From Vicugna vicugna (taxonomy: Eukaryota), in assembly GCA_013265495.1 (NCBI GenBank), contig MU057711.1:2306844-2370843 (forward strand): a DNA stretch of 64,000 bases, read 5' to 3'. The notes under the pieces were generated by a model. It searched no databases. It saw only the letters and a list, made by a program, of their open reading frames with translations, and had not been told where the DNA came from. Numbering within the stretch: position 1 is the stretch's first letter; every line of letters begins with the position of its first letter. Below are positions 12,741 to 25,690 of the stretch, piece by piece. The translations under genes and the position numbers were made by a program.

Positions 12741-14429
12741 TGAGGACTGAGGTGATTGCCCCTGAGGTGACCACAGCGCAGAACGGGGTGGTGGAGGTAT
12801 CCTGACAGTTAATGGTGAACACTGATGCAAATGTCATGTTTAACTCACTTTCTCCAACTCTGCTTTCCTGTCTGCTCTCAGAAGAGTTGTTCGTGACACA
12901 CACATGACAGGGTGGGAAGTCATAGCATCGCTCCTCGCTCCACACACACATTGCAAAGGGCTGAGGGCTTCTAGCACTCTGCTCAGAGAGGCCAGTGGAG
13001 AGCGTGCTGAGCGCTCAGGTCCTAGCGGGGCCATTCCATCCATGCCCAGGGCTCCACTTCACTCTCCAAGGCTGACCTCCACCCGCAGAACACACCACCT
13101 CGGGGCTGAAGCACTCACTGTTCCTGTGGCCTTGGGGCAAACAGGTGGGTCCGCTCACTTTGTGCTTGGCTGAGGGGGCGGGGCTGTGGGAGGCAGGCGG
13201 GGCCCAGTTCCCAAGTTGGCTCTTTTGAGGAGGGTCTTTAGGCTGCAGTGCTTCCCATTTCCCGTGGAGTGAAGTTCTAGCTGCTGGGGAGTCCTTCCCC
13301 TGTGAGCCCTTGGGAAGCAGCAGTGTCCTCTCCAGGGCTCCAGCCCAGAGGGCCAAGGGCCACCATCTGGACACCCAGAGGCTGAGGGAGCCCAGAGGAG
13401 GAGCCTGACCCATCTCTGGGGGATCAGAGAGGGCTTGCTGCTGAGGGACAGAAGTCTCAGCTGGAATCTTCCCACTCGCCACGTGGAATTGAAATCAGAT
13501 TTTCACCTTCCAGCCTCCCATCATCTGATTCCTCATAACAGTTCCAGAGTACCTGGCCTCTGTGCCGGGCTGTGGGCTCACTGCAGGGGGTCGAGGCTGT
13601 GACACACCCAGGATCTCTTCTCTCTGGGATAAGCTGGGGTACCTGGCTCCAGGATTCCACCACAGGGTTCCAAATGGAGTTCATCAACCTGCTTGTCATA
13701 GGATCACCCCGGGGGCTCGTTAAACAGCAGATTCCCAGGAATCTTTCCTGTGGGGTTCTGGCTAGGGCCTCTGAAGTTGGACCTGAGAAATGGGTGTAAC
13801 AGATGCTCACCTGGTTCCTCTCAGCAAAGTGGGAACCCCTGGCTACCACAGTGGGCATCCGTTTTGGACATGTGGGAAGCGAGAAACTCAGAAAGGTCTA
13901 TGAGTTAAAGGCCCTCCTGGTCTTGATTACCTCTTCAGTCAGCCTCCTTTGTCCCTCCCAGCGGTGACTCAGAGGAGTGCTTTCTTGCTTTCCCAGCCTG
14001 GGTGCCTCGGAAACAGGACAGATTTTTTTTTTTTTTTTTTTAGCTGCCAACTCTGGGGCCCCACCCTGGCTTTAGGCAGCAGTGAGTGGGGTCAAGACGA
14101 GGTTACGACACCTACTTTCTGAGGACAACTACTTTCTGAGGCGGGCTTGGTCTTCCTGGTGCCAGAGAAGACATCAAGAAAGGCCCGACTCCGGCGGGTG
14201 CTGGGGTGGCTCCCACCTCTGGACCATCTAGTTTAAGGCCCGAGTGAGACAGTAGGTTTCGACTTCTTCAGTTTCCCTCATCTTTGCAGGAGGGCACTAG
14301 ATCTCAGTCTGGGGATCCTTCTAGAAACGGGCGTTGCTGGCAGGGGTGGGGTGGGAATCTGGAGCAGAAACAGCTGAAAGAGTTTGCTAGAAAGTGTTTC
14401 CCTCTGGGGGTGGGGCTGCACCTGGCTCG

Positions 14430-15130
14430 TCCGAACACGTGCGTGACTTTGAAGAAGAAAGTCTGTTTTTAAAAGGTTTTATTTCCTGCTCACGTTCCAA
14501 TAGGACGCCTGGCCGCGCGCTTTCACAGCCGCGCGGGGAGGCGGGCGGCGGCGGTGGGATGTTTGTGCGTTTCCAGCGTTTCTAGAGAAAACCGAGCAGG
14601 GTGGCGGCACGCGGCGCCCGAACCGGGGCCGAGGCGTCGGGCCGCCCTCCCCGCCCGCCGCGGGGCTCGGGGCTCGGGGCTCGGGGCTGGGCCTGGCGGC
14701 CAGCGGGGGGCGCCTGCGGCCGCTCCGCCGTCCCCGCCCGCACAGCGGGATCCCGCCCGCGGCCGCGCGGCTACTCGGGCGGACGGAGCGGGAGCGGGAG
14801 GGGAGCTGAGCGGGGCGGCGGCGGCGGCAGGTGAGGGCGGCGCGGGCGGGGAGCGGCGCGGCGGGCCGGCCAGGCGGAGGGGGCGCGCGCCTCACTTCGG
14901 GGCCCGGGGACTCGCCCGCCGGCCGGGTCCTTCCTCGGCTTGCGCCCGGCCGGCCGCACCCGGGCGGAGGGGTGGGTGTGAGTCGGGCTGCTGCAGGCGG
15001 GCAACTCGCTCGGCCTGCCTTCCCTGGCCCCGGGAGCGGCGGAGAGGTGCGGGGCCCACCGACCCCCCACGCCAGGCCCGCGGAGCCGCCCTTTCCCCGC
15101 CCCCTTTCCCGGTCTTGCTCTTTCTCCTGC
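14430..15130 (+). promoter_or_regulatory. ADCY7: CpG-island promoter of ADCY7
   Basis: Very high GC and CpG density, multiple GC boxes, E-box CACGTG 14436-14441, CCAAT 14497-14501, and no TATA. Followed by the donor CAG|GTGAGG at 14830/14831. Confidence 0.85.
14750..14830 (+). other. ADCY7: Probable non-coding first exon of ADCY7 (TSS approximate)
   Basis: GGC-repeat leader ending in the strong donor gcggcag|GTGAGG inside the CpG island. A second GTGAGT donor lies at 14978-14983. Confidence 0.65.
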
Positions 15131-18100
15131 CGAAGCTTGCGGTGGGTCTTCTCAGATGTCCCCTTTCTCAGGCACTGCGAAGGAAGGGGGCGGGGGGGGG
15201 CAGTTCCCAGGCAGGACCCCAGCTGGCAGGGACTGGGGCCCAACCCCACTTTCCGGATGACAAGACTGAGACCAGACAGTGACGTGGCTCTGTGCCCTCC
15301 TGGGCCCGGCACCCCCAGACCACCCTGTTGGAGCGCCCATTGGTTATGACGCTAAAGAGGGGCTGGTTTGTAAGGTTCTCCAGACTCTGGCAAGGCAGGG
15401 GCCTCTAGAGGGTCAGTATATCCTGTTTAAAGTGAAAAATAACTCAAAGGGAGAGCACTCTGTTGAAGGCAAGATTAGGGTTCAGGTTTGGAGGCAGTCC
15501 AACCACAGCCAACAGTGAGCAGGACCCTTCACCAGCTTAGGGGGGCCGTATGTGGATGGGAGAGCCGGCAAGGCATTTGCTCCGACTTGGATCCCCAGTG
15601 GGGAAATTCTGAAACCTAACCGTTCAATTGAAGGAGATGGGCAGTGGTGGTAACCCACCCTGGTTGGGGGCCAGATAGATGCTGGAGTCTTTCTCAGTGT
15701 GGCCTGGAGTTGTTCTCTCTTCTGGTTTATATCTTGGGTCCTCTCCCTCAAAGGCTAAGAACTCATGTTCTTTCTGAGTCCCAGAGCCAAAGCTGGAAAA
15801 TGAGAGTTTGGGGCCCTGTTCTTAGAAGTGGAGCCTTTAAGATGAGGACCACAGATGCCTTTGGTGGTTGGGCTGTGCGTGGAGTGACCAGATCTGAACT
15901 GGCTTTAGGTTCAGGGCCCTCATCACTTCCTGAAGCCCCCCACAGATCTGGTCCAGGATGCTGCTCAACAGAAGTATGAATGAATGAATCAGTGGATGAC
16001 CAGCTGGACCACAGGGGTCTCAGGGTATGAGAGTGAGGGGGCTTGGCAGGCTGAGGCTTTGGGCTCTGAGATGAGAACCTCTAGTATTGTCACTGCTTTC
16101 ACACGTCGGCAGATGCCCTCATAGGAGAGGGTAGCGTGTCTGCTGTGGACCTGGAACTCTGGGGACAGACCCTCAGTGTAGTGAGGAGGTCCCACCCGAG
16201 TGGCCAAGCTGGGCCTGTGAGGCAGAGATGGGTTCACAGGGAGCTTTTTGGAGCTGCCTCCCCCAGTGCTGAAAGTTCAGGATCTTCAGACAGCAGGTCT
16301 CCTTCCTCAGCCCTTGCTGCTCTCAGGCTTTCGAGAGAGATTGCTCTTGGCCTTTATTGGAGGAAGGCAAGGAGAGGTGGGAGAGCTCCAATTTCTGAGG
16401 TCAGATGGCGTATAAAGCTGTGGCATGTTCCTTGTATCGTTCAATCCTGTGAGTTAGGGCTGGAATGATCAGCACCATTCTGGGTGGGAAAAGCTGAAGT
16501 CATCAAAGGTCTCATAGCAAGTTAGACCTGGAGCTGAGACTAGGGCCTGGGCTCCTGGTCTTCCCATCCTGTTCTGGTCTGGTTCTGGTGGAGTCCGTTT
16601 GAGTACACATCGGGAGCCTGATCCCACCCCAGCAGGCAGTCTCAAGAGGGCCCATTAGATCCCCCTCAAGGACAGAACATACTGCCTTCCTGCCAACCTG
16701 TCTGCTCTCCCTTCCTCCTATTCCTACCCCATACCCGGGGATGCTCTGGGGCTTTGCTATGGACCCCATCTCTTGGAGCCCCTTCTTCTGTAGCTGGGCT
16801 CAACTGGACTGCTAGTTTGAGGATAATGGCTTATGCTGATTCCGAGGCCCACTCCAGCAAGGGAGCCTGGAATGGCCTGCCTGGGCAGGAGGCAGAGAAA
16901 CAAGATAGGCGTGGTCCCTGCCCTCATAAGCCCACTGGCCAAAAGGGGTCATGGAGTGATTGCACCTTGAACCCAAATACCTGTAAAGAGAGACTCACAC
17001 AACAGGCAGGCCAGTCTGTGCACTGGGAACTGGAAGGATGGACAAGAGGGGTCTTCATTGGGATATCTTTGGGGGAGTTTGTTGATAGATAATTTTCTTA
17101 TTTATTCATGCTTTCTGTATTTTCAAAATTGTCTACAGTGAAGAAGAAAAGCAAAACTATTCCTTTTTTTTATTGTTTTGGGAAACTTTCAAGAGCTGTT
17201 CTGCTTCTGAAAGTTGAAATTGGGTTTGCAGGTGAGGTCTGGAAACTTCTGAATTTAATAGGGCGCCCAACAGGAATGTCCCAGGATTTTGAGACATTTT
17301 AGCACAGATTAGCCTCAAAACCCAACAGAAGGGCCCGGAACTCATTTGACATTCTGATTGATCTGTTGCAAAGCTTCTTGTTGGCAGTGGTGCCTTTTCG
17401 CATGTGAGTTTGCTGGTATCTGGGTCTCATGACTGAGTGTTGGAGAGCTATCTGATGGGCCTGGCTGGTGGGTGGACTCCTGTCCAGGGGTGATGGTGGC
17501 CTCTCTTGGGAGAGACACCAGGCCAGGGGTGATGGAGGCAAGGTCGGTGGCAGCTTCCAGGACCTGAGCCACATCCATCTGGGAACCAAAAAGGGTGGTT
17601 TTCTAAGCTGATGCTGCCTGGCCTAGGTTAGAATTGGGGTTAGGGGTTTCAGGCCCCAGAGGAGTGGATGACTCCACATTCCTATGGGTCCTCACTGACA
17701 AAGCTGAGTCTGTGGAATTAGCCCACAGCCTGCTGCCCCTCTTTGCTCGTACCACTGGCTGAGTGATGCTCTCCAGTACTGAGTCCTTCCTGATCCCTGC
17801 TGTGAGAAGTCAGCTCCCACCTGCAGCCCTTGCTGTTCCATCTTCTTGTAAACTCTTCCCTCCAATGCAACCCTGTCGTGTGTGTTAGAAAGTGCTCAGC
17901 CCCCTTTTGGACAACTGACCTCAGGGGTCCCCTTCAGTCCTGGTGATCTGTGGGTCAGGGACATGGGCTTGGGGGCCTTTTGGCTTCAGTCTCTGTCTCT
18001 GGGGTATTTGCTTTCCTTTGATTTTTGGACATGAGTATTGGAGCCTGGGCTGTCACTTTAAGTGGGGAAAAAGTAACTCAGGAGCTGTGGTTCTAACCGC

Positions 18101-18394
18101 CCGACCCCCTCAGCTCTCCACTGCCCTGCTTGTATAGAGGGGCCTAAATGAGGCCCTGCAGGGTGGGGAGGTGGACATTATGCTAGGGCCACTGCCAGGT
18201 GCAGGGACCTGGTGACAAGAGGTCCAGCCAGTATGTGCATAGGAGGCCACTCTTTCAGTTAATGACCACCTGTTGAGTGAGGTGGCTATGAGCAGTCATC
18301 TACCTGTTTGCAGAGGGAGCCACTGTTTTTAATTATTAACAACAAAGGCTATTATTTGCAAGCTTTTAAGCCTGGAGGACAAGAACACAGGCTC

Positions 18395-19020
18395 CGGAGG
18401 GAACCCTGTGGGCTTGAGTCCCAGCTCAACATTTCCTAGCTGTGTGACTTTGGGCAGGTACTTCAACCTCTCTGAGCTTCACTTTCTTATCTATAAAATG
18501 GAGACAATGTGAATAGTTGCCTCAAAAGCCAAGGAAGAGTTCCAATTAATAGAGTGACATGACAACCGAATGCAGTATGTGAACCTGGGCTGAAAAAAAA
18601 TGTATGAAAGACAATATTAGGACAGTTGATGAAGTTGGATATGGACTATAGATTAAAGTCGTGTGTCAATATTAAATGACCTATAAATGTTTAAATGGGT
18701 CCTTGTTCTTAGGAAATATGTACTGAAGTATTTAGGGGTAGAAGGGCACAGTATAAGCAAATCACTCTCAGGCAATAAAGAGAAACCGATATATAGACAG
18801 ATAGTAAAGAAAGTGAGACAAAAGGGTACAAACAGGCAAATCTGCATTAAAAGTATAGGAGGGGTTTTTGTACTTTTCTTGTAACATTTCTGAAAGTTTG
18901 AAACTATTTAAAAATACAAAGGTAAAAAAATGCCCATCTAATAGGATGAATGAAGTAACATGAACTCATGTTGCTTAGAACAGAGCCTGGCACTCAGCGG
19001 ACATTAGCTGCTACTGTTAC
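18395..19020 (+). mobile_element. MIR SINE interrupted by an old L1 (L1MB/MC-like) 3' fragment at ~18525-18930
   Basis: MIR core (tgtgtgactttgggcaggtacttcaacctctctgagcttc) precedes an A-rich L1-like block, and MIR-like text resumes after it. Confidence 0.55.
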
Positions 19021-19255
19021 TGTTGCTTTTTATGACCATTAATATGGGCGAAGTGTTATCTTATCTCAGTGTTAAAATACCCTGTGTTAATCTCCACTTT
19101 ACAGACAACAGTGGAAGCTCAAAGAGATTGAGTGGTTTGCTCACGGCCATGGAGTAGTGAGTTTAGAACACTGATAGGAGAACTGCTTAAATTTTATTTT
19201 GGATTAATTGCTAGCATCTGAAACCAGGAGATTTTACATAAAAGCCCAGATTTCT

Positions 19256-19270
19256 TTTTTTTTTTTTAAG

Positions 19271-19306
<36 letters not shown>

Positions 19307-19515
19307 ATACAATTTTTTCAGATTCTTCTACGTTATAGTTTATTGAAGGTGTTGAATATAGTTCCCTGTGTTATACAGTGAATCCTTGTTGTTTATTTCA
19401 TATATGGTGGTATGGATTTCTTAATCCCATATTCCTCATTTGTCCCTCCCCCGGCTGCCCCTTTCCCCTTTGGTAACCATAAGTTTATTTTCTATGTCTG
19501 TGAGTCTGTTTCCGT
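19256..19515 (-). mobile_element. 5'-truncated L1 3'-UTR fragment
   Basis: T-tract, then gaatatagttccctgtg...tttggtaaccataagttt...tgtgagtctgtttc, homologous to 22202-22500. Confidence 0.7.
19274..19301. repeat. (TG)14 microsatellite
   Basis: Read directly from the sequence. Confidence 0.95.
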
Positions 19516-21833
19516 AAGAACTCTGCTTTCTGATTTCCTTTGATAACCCAGAAGGCCTGCAACACTGGCCACATCCCTTCGCGGCAGTTATGGGCTGAAT
19601 CTGGGCAGCAGCTCCTCTTTGCGCAGGGCTTGGGCCTCCAGTTTGCCCCCGTCCCCACCCATCCAGCCAGCCTTACTGGTTGATGTCCTGTCTGGCCTCT
19701 GGGGGGTCAGGGTTTGTCGTCCTGGGGGAGTGCCATGGTACATCTGACCCCCGGGTCCCTGGCCCCAAGGCTTGGGTTCTTCCCCTCCTCCCACGTCCAC
19801 CTGCTCCCCAACGCACTCCTCCGTTCAGAAGGTGCTGTGTTGTACCTCCTTTGATTGATCTATACTGGAGTACCTATGTGTGTGTGAGGAGAGGCTGGGG
19901 GTTGCAAGGGAGGAGGAGGAGTCTGAGTTTTGTGGCTCCAGTCTGCTGTGTCCTGCCATGTTCCCAGTCCTCCTTCAATCCTGCCTGAAGCCCTAAGCAA
20001 TGCGTCTGGCTCTTCAGAAGGGGTAGAGGGTGGTTTAATGACACCCCATGAGGAGGATGTAGGAGGAACTCACAGAAGGGCCCCCAGGCTGCAGTCTTCA
20101 TCTTGGTTTGGTGTTTGAATGTGGGCGGCCATTTCTCTTACCTGAGATTCTGTTTCTTCCTCTGTAAAGTAGGGGTGTCCCGCCTTCCCGGAGGGTGGTC
20201 AGAAGGACTGGAGGGGCCAGCCTGTCAGGCTCGGGCTGGTGGAGGTCTGCGGATATGGTCACGAGGGTTGTTTCATCCCCTGTTTGGCCTCTGATGCTGT
20301 TGGTCCCCACCAGGCTGGGTTCAGAGTCAGTAGGGGCTCAAGAGATAGAGGAATGAGCAAAGGCTAGAAATGGGGGTACCTGTCCGTGGGGTGGCGGGGG
20401 GAGGCTGGGCGGGCATTGTTTATGTGGCCCTGTCCATGTGCCTTATCATCCCATCTCACAGGGGAGGGAGCAGGCTCCGTGAAGAGGTGGGAGGAGCTCA
20501 CTTGGTGGGTTTGGGGTCTGACAGATGGGGAAACTGAGGCTCAGAGAGGCAGTGTGACCTCCTGTCTCCTGGGCCAAGGCTCTGAGCTGCATTCCCAGAG
20601 AGGAGAGAGCCAACTTATTCCTTATTTTCAAATGGCTTTAATTTTGTGTTAATTACAGAAATAATTCATATTTAATATTAAAAAAATAAAAAAACCTAAG
20701 TAGTAAAGTGGAGAAAAACCCCAGAATCTGCACTCATTAATATATATTAATGTGTTGGGGTAGGTCTTTCCAAGTGACTTCTTGTTTTTCTGTTTAATAT
20801 ATGATGACAAAAAACTGAGCATCACAGCATTTCTTTCTGTGTCTGTCCATCTTGCCCCCAGGCTTTACGAGTGGAGTTGTTGGGGTTCCCAGACACGTCA
20901 GGCTCACCCCAGTATTTGGTACACGAGGAGCCCTGGTTGATTTTTCTCTGTCCCCCGTTGCTGGCCATTCAGGTTGTTTCCAGTGTTTTTGCAGGTAGAG
21001 CACTGTGAGGTAGCCAGGTGGTGGGTAGCTAGGTCTTTGTACACACCGGGGGGTCTTTTCTGTAGGGTAAGTTAAGACAGGTCCACTTCTCACTTTGTGA
21101 TGCTGAGACTGGTTGCAGGTTTATGGTAGGGCTGCATCCGAGGGCATGGAGGTCTGGGGCGCCTCCTGCCCCTGGTAAGCTGCTTTGTGGTCAGAGAATG
21201 AGACGGGGAGGGGCTCCCACCGGAGGGCTTTGCCAGGAGAGGGGTTAAGGTGCCGCCGTCCAGGCTGGTACTGGAAGCCTTTAAGCTCCTGTGGGGGAGG
21301 TGCGTGGAGGTGGAGGCAAAGGAAAATGTGGCCTCCCTTCCAGGCTGGTATGTGATGGGGGAGCCTGCAACCCTGCAGCCTCCCATGCTGGTCCTGGGTC
21401 GTCTCTGCCCATGCTCGGGGTTCAGGCTGGGAGCAAGTCTGCGGTTCATTGAGCGGGTCGGGGGCTGGCAAGCTCTCTCCCACCCCGTTCAGTCAGAAGG
21501 AGGGCTGAGGCGATGCTATGTTACTTGCTCTGAGACTCCCTCTCAGAAGGGGTGGGGGCATTCCTCATCTGCAGGAAGGGTCTGAAAATGACCTCTTCAC
21601 TGAGTGAAACTAAATGAGACAACAGATGCCAGAGCTCTTACAGGGACAACGTTTCAACATTTCATTATGGAAAAATTAAACACCCACAGAGAAAGACAGA
21701 ATAGCATGTCCACCCCCACATACCCATCCCTGAGATGTCACGGTTTCCAGCTCTTGGCCAACCTGGGTCATCTCTACTCCCACACACTTCCCCTCTCCAG
21801 ACCTATATCACTTCTTCTGTAAAAATTGTCGTA

Positions 21834-22120
21834 CAGGCATACTTTGTTTTATTGCACTTTGCAGATACTGCGTTTTTTTTACAAATTGAAGGTTTGTGGC
21901 CTCCTTGCCTTGTCAAATGATGGTTAGCATTTTTTTTTTAGTGATGAAGTATGCACATTGTTTCTTTAGACAATGCTATTGTACACTTAATAGGCTACAA
22001 TGTAAACATAACATTATATGCACTATAAAACCAAAAAATTTGTGTGACTCACTTTATTGCGATATTTGCCTTATTGTACTGGTCTAGAACTGAACCTACA
22101 ATACTGCCAAGGTATGCCTG
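21834..22120 (+). mobile_element. Non-autonomous Tigger1-derived MITE (Tigger1a-like), 287 bp
   Basis: Terminal inverted repeats CAGGCATAC...GTATGCCTG flanked by TA on both sides (21832-21833, 22121-22122). Confidence 0.9.
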
Positions 22121-22201
22121 TATGTATCCCTAAAAGATAAGGACTGAAAAAAAAAAAACACCAAGAGTATTATTACCACATCTAAAACTTAGCAATATTC
22201 T

Positions 22202-23079
22202 TTTTTTTTTAAATTGAGTTATAGTCAGTTTACAATGTTGTGTCAATTTCTGGTGTACAGCACAATTTTTCAGTCATACACAAATATACATATATTCATT
22301 TTCATATCCCTCCTCACTGTGAGCTACCACAAGATCTTGAATGTATTTCCCTGTGCCATACAGTATAAACTTGTTTATCTATTCTATACATTCCTGTCAG
22401 CATCTAAAAATCTCGAACTCCCAGTCTGTCCCTTCCCATCCCCCACTGCCCTGGCAACCACAAGTTAGTATTCAAAGTCTGTGAGTCTGTTTCTGTTTTG
22501 TATTTAAGTTCACTTGTCTTCTTCTTCTTCTTTTTTTTTTTTTTTAGATTCCACATATGAGTGAATATCTTATGGTATTTTTCTTTCTCTTTCTGGGTTA
22601 CTTAGAATGACATTCTCCAGGGACATCCATGTTGCTGCAAATGGCATTATGTTGTCATTTTTATGGCTGAATAATATTCCATTGTATAAATATAACACAA
22701 CTTCTTTATCCAGTCATCTGTTGATGGGCATTTAGTTGTTTCCATGTCTTGGCTATTGTAAATAGTGCTGCTATGAACTTTGGAGTACAGGTGTCTCTTT
22801 GAAGTAGGGTTCCTTCTGGATATATGCCCAGGAGTGGGAATGCTGGATCATATGGCAAGTCTGCTTTTAGTCTTTTGAGGAATCTCCATACTATTTTCCA
22901 CAATACTGCATTCCCACCAACAGTGTAGGAGGGTTCCCTTTTCTCTACACCCTCTCCAGCATTGATCATTTGTGGACTTTTGAATGATGGCCATTCTGAC
23001 TAGTGTGAGGTGATACCTCATTATAGTTTTGATTTGCATTTCTCTGATAATTAGTGATACTGAGCATTTTTCTCACGTG
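22202..23079 (-). mobile_element. 5'-truncated LINE-1 with poly(A) tail and 13-bp TSD
   Basis: TSD TTAGCAATATTCT at 22189-22201 and 23080-23092. ORF2 C-terminal peptides ([29 protein letters not shown]) are present but frameshifted. Confidence 0.95.
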
Positions 23080-25049
23080 TTAGCAATATTCTATAAGATC
23101 ATAGCTACCCAGTGTATTTGGTGTTCAAATTTCCAGTTGTTTCCTACATGTCAAAAATATATATTATTTTAGTTTTTAAAAATCAGGATCCAAAGGAGGT
23201 CTATGTAATGAGATTGGCTGATATATTTCTCAAGTCTTCTTTTATCTGTGGAATTGATATTCATTCATTCTCTCTCTCATGCCGTGTTTTTTTGAAGCCG
23301 TGGCCTTTTCCTTTAGTAGAGCTTCCAGTAATGCTGAATGTGTTTTTTACCCACTAAGCCTTGGTAGTTGTATCTAAAGCCTTGTTATAATTTTGTTTTG
23401 ATTTTCCTTTTTTTTTCATACAAGAGTACCTTGGAGATGGGGTTGCAAACTTCTCCTGGGAGTCTTGCATTGTCTACTTTAATTTCTTTTTGTGATGTTC
23501 AGTGTCTTTAATGTAGTAGTATTTTTAATTATCATAAAAACCTTCCATTTTCACCTGGTTATAAGTGGTGCTGAGTTTGGCACTGGGTGGAGAAGTCTCA
23601 GGCCATTGTTTTTCACTTTTCCTGCTTTTTCTCCATTGTAGTTGTTTTTCCTGTTATCTTTTAATGAGATGGGTAGTGTATTTTCATTGGAGAAAATTGG
23701 AAAACAGACATAAATAAGATATGAAATTAAAACTGTGCTAAATTTTATTACTTAGTGATAGCTCCTAAAATTAGAAGTATATTCTTCCAGAGTTTCTTAT
23801 GTGCAAAAAAATACATGTATTTGTCTGTGGTATCATTAAATAAAAGATTGCACTTCGCGCACAGGTCTGTTTTTACCTCGTGGCGTCTCCATAACCCCCA
23901 TCCTAGGAGCTGTAGTGAGGGACGTGGTCTTCTTCCCTGTCCCTCCATAGTTCACACCAAGAGGGGTGTGGGGAGGGACCGGCTGCCGCTGGTGTAGCCC
24001 AGCTGCCAAGTTTTTCAAAGGAAATAAGGACTTTGGGTTGGCAGGGCAGTTGCTTTCACATCTGTTCTTTTAGGATTCTCTGCTGTTACTCAACACACTG
24101 TGACCCGGGCTGCCCCTTTCCTTCTCCTGTTCCTGTCCCTGGCCTGGCAGAGGCTGGGGCCATGGGGGTCAGGGGAGCCAGCCCCCTGCCCTCCGGCAGG
24201 CTGTACCTCCAACATGGTGCAGCGTTGTTCATCTCTCCTGACTCTGGCGTTGGAGCTGGGGCAAACAGCAGCTATTTGGATTTCCATGTGGGAGGGGCAG
24301 TGGCCGAGGGGAGCTGAGTTTGGTAGCAAAGATGCTGTTTACTTATTAGCACATGTGTTTTTTTGGAGTGGCATTGTGGCTCACCTCAAGTCACCCCTTA
24401 GGGCCACCCCTGATTAGGGGTGAAGGCCCTTTCCATCCTATAACTTGTAACTGGTTGCATAACCTCGGTCAGCCCCTTCTTCTTTGGAAACTCAGTTTTC
24501 TGTGTGTTCAGTGAAGGAGTGAGCCAGAGCACCCCCATATGTTCCCAGCCTGGGGAAGGAAGGGATCCTAGCACACCCCGAGCCTACAGTCATCCGGGAA
24601 GAGATGAAGGCAGAGGGGCCAGAGGTGAGTCGCTGCATTGGAATGCAGCCCCCACCCCCGCCCCCGTGTGAAAAATCAGTCTGGGAGGAGAGTGAGTGAC
24701 AGGATCACAAGGCTGTGGCTGCTCCAGCAAGACTGTCTCCTGGGGGATCTCACTTCAGTCCTCCTGGCCCGGAGCAGAGCGTGGAAGAGCTGGGAGCATG
24801 GAGGAGGGCAGCCAGCAGACCTGAAACCAGTACTCAGCCAGCCTGCTGTGTCCTCCCAGGCAGAGTGAGCGCTATTAGCTGTACAGAATAGATTCTGCAT
24901 TTCTGCTCTGTGTTCTTGTTCGGAGACTCTGGGTGCAGATCAGTATGGCAGAAATGTCATCAAGTCCTCTGGAGTACCAGGTGCTGGGAGGGGTGGGTCT
25001 GCTGGAAGAGAAGAGGTGACCCTCCGTCACTCTGGTCGGACAGGGATGC

Positions 25050-25690
25050 TACAGAGCGAGTGTGTCAGTCCAGTCTTGACTGGGGCTGGAGGATCTGCTT
25101 CCGAGGTGGCTCAGTCACATGGATGGCAGGTTGGTGCTGGCTGTGGGCAGGAGGTCTCAGCTTTTCACCACAGGGCTGCTTGAGTGTCCTCACTACATGT
25201 TGGCTGGCGTCCCCCAGGGTGAGTGATCCAAGAGGAAACAAGGTGGAAACTACATTGTCTTTCATGACTTCAGAAGTCAAACAAGTGATTTCTGCAGTGC
25301 TTTGTTGGTCACCCAGGTAATGTGGGAGGGGACCATACAAGGGCATGAACACCTGGAGGTAAGAGTCTTTGGAGGCTGACTACCACCGTGGCAAGGATGG
25401 CCCCAGCAGCTTCCAGCTCACATCCTACCAGCCTAGTGAAATGACAGGACCTTTTTTTTTTTTTCCACTTAGTTCCAGCAAGTCTCAGAATTGAATCTCA
25501 TTGGACCACTTTGAGTCACCTGTTCATTCCTCAATGGGCACTGGTCTCGTGAGCCCACCCCTGAAGGGCTGGTTTCCCCATAGGAATAGGGAGCTGTTAC
25601 TAGAAGTGGAAATGGATGCTGCAGAAGGAAGGGAACAGTGTATATCTTCTCAGGAGAGGCTTGTGGCACTGTGGCCCAGGAGGTGATGAC
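25050..25690. mobile_element. MaLR LTR (MLT1-type) remnants, probably two adjacent pieces
   Basis: ggctggaggatctgcttcc...gggctgcttgagtgtcctc...gggcatgaacacc...ggctgactaccac resembles MLT1E/F; the rest resembles MLT1J/K. Confidence 0.6.

Noticed and set aside
14107..14140. 17-bp tandem duplication (gacaMctactttctgag x2), and similar short repeats considered as CRISPR-like
   Set aside because: Only two adjacent units with no spacers in a mammalian context; a simple slippage duplication.
14479..15349. Long overlapping ORFs (277, 242 and 172 aa) in the CpG island
   Set aside because: Low-complexity Arg/Gly/Pro/Ala translations expected from stop-poor GC-rich DNA; no recognisable domain.
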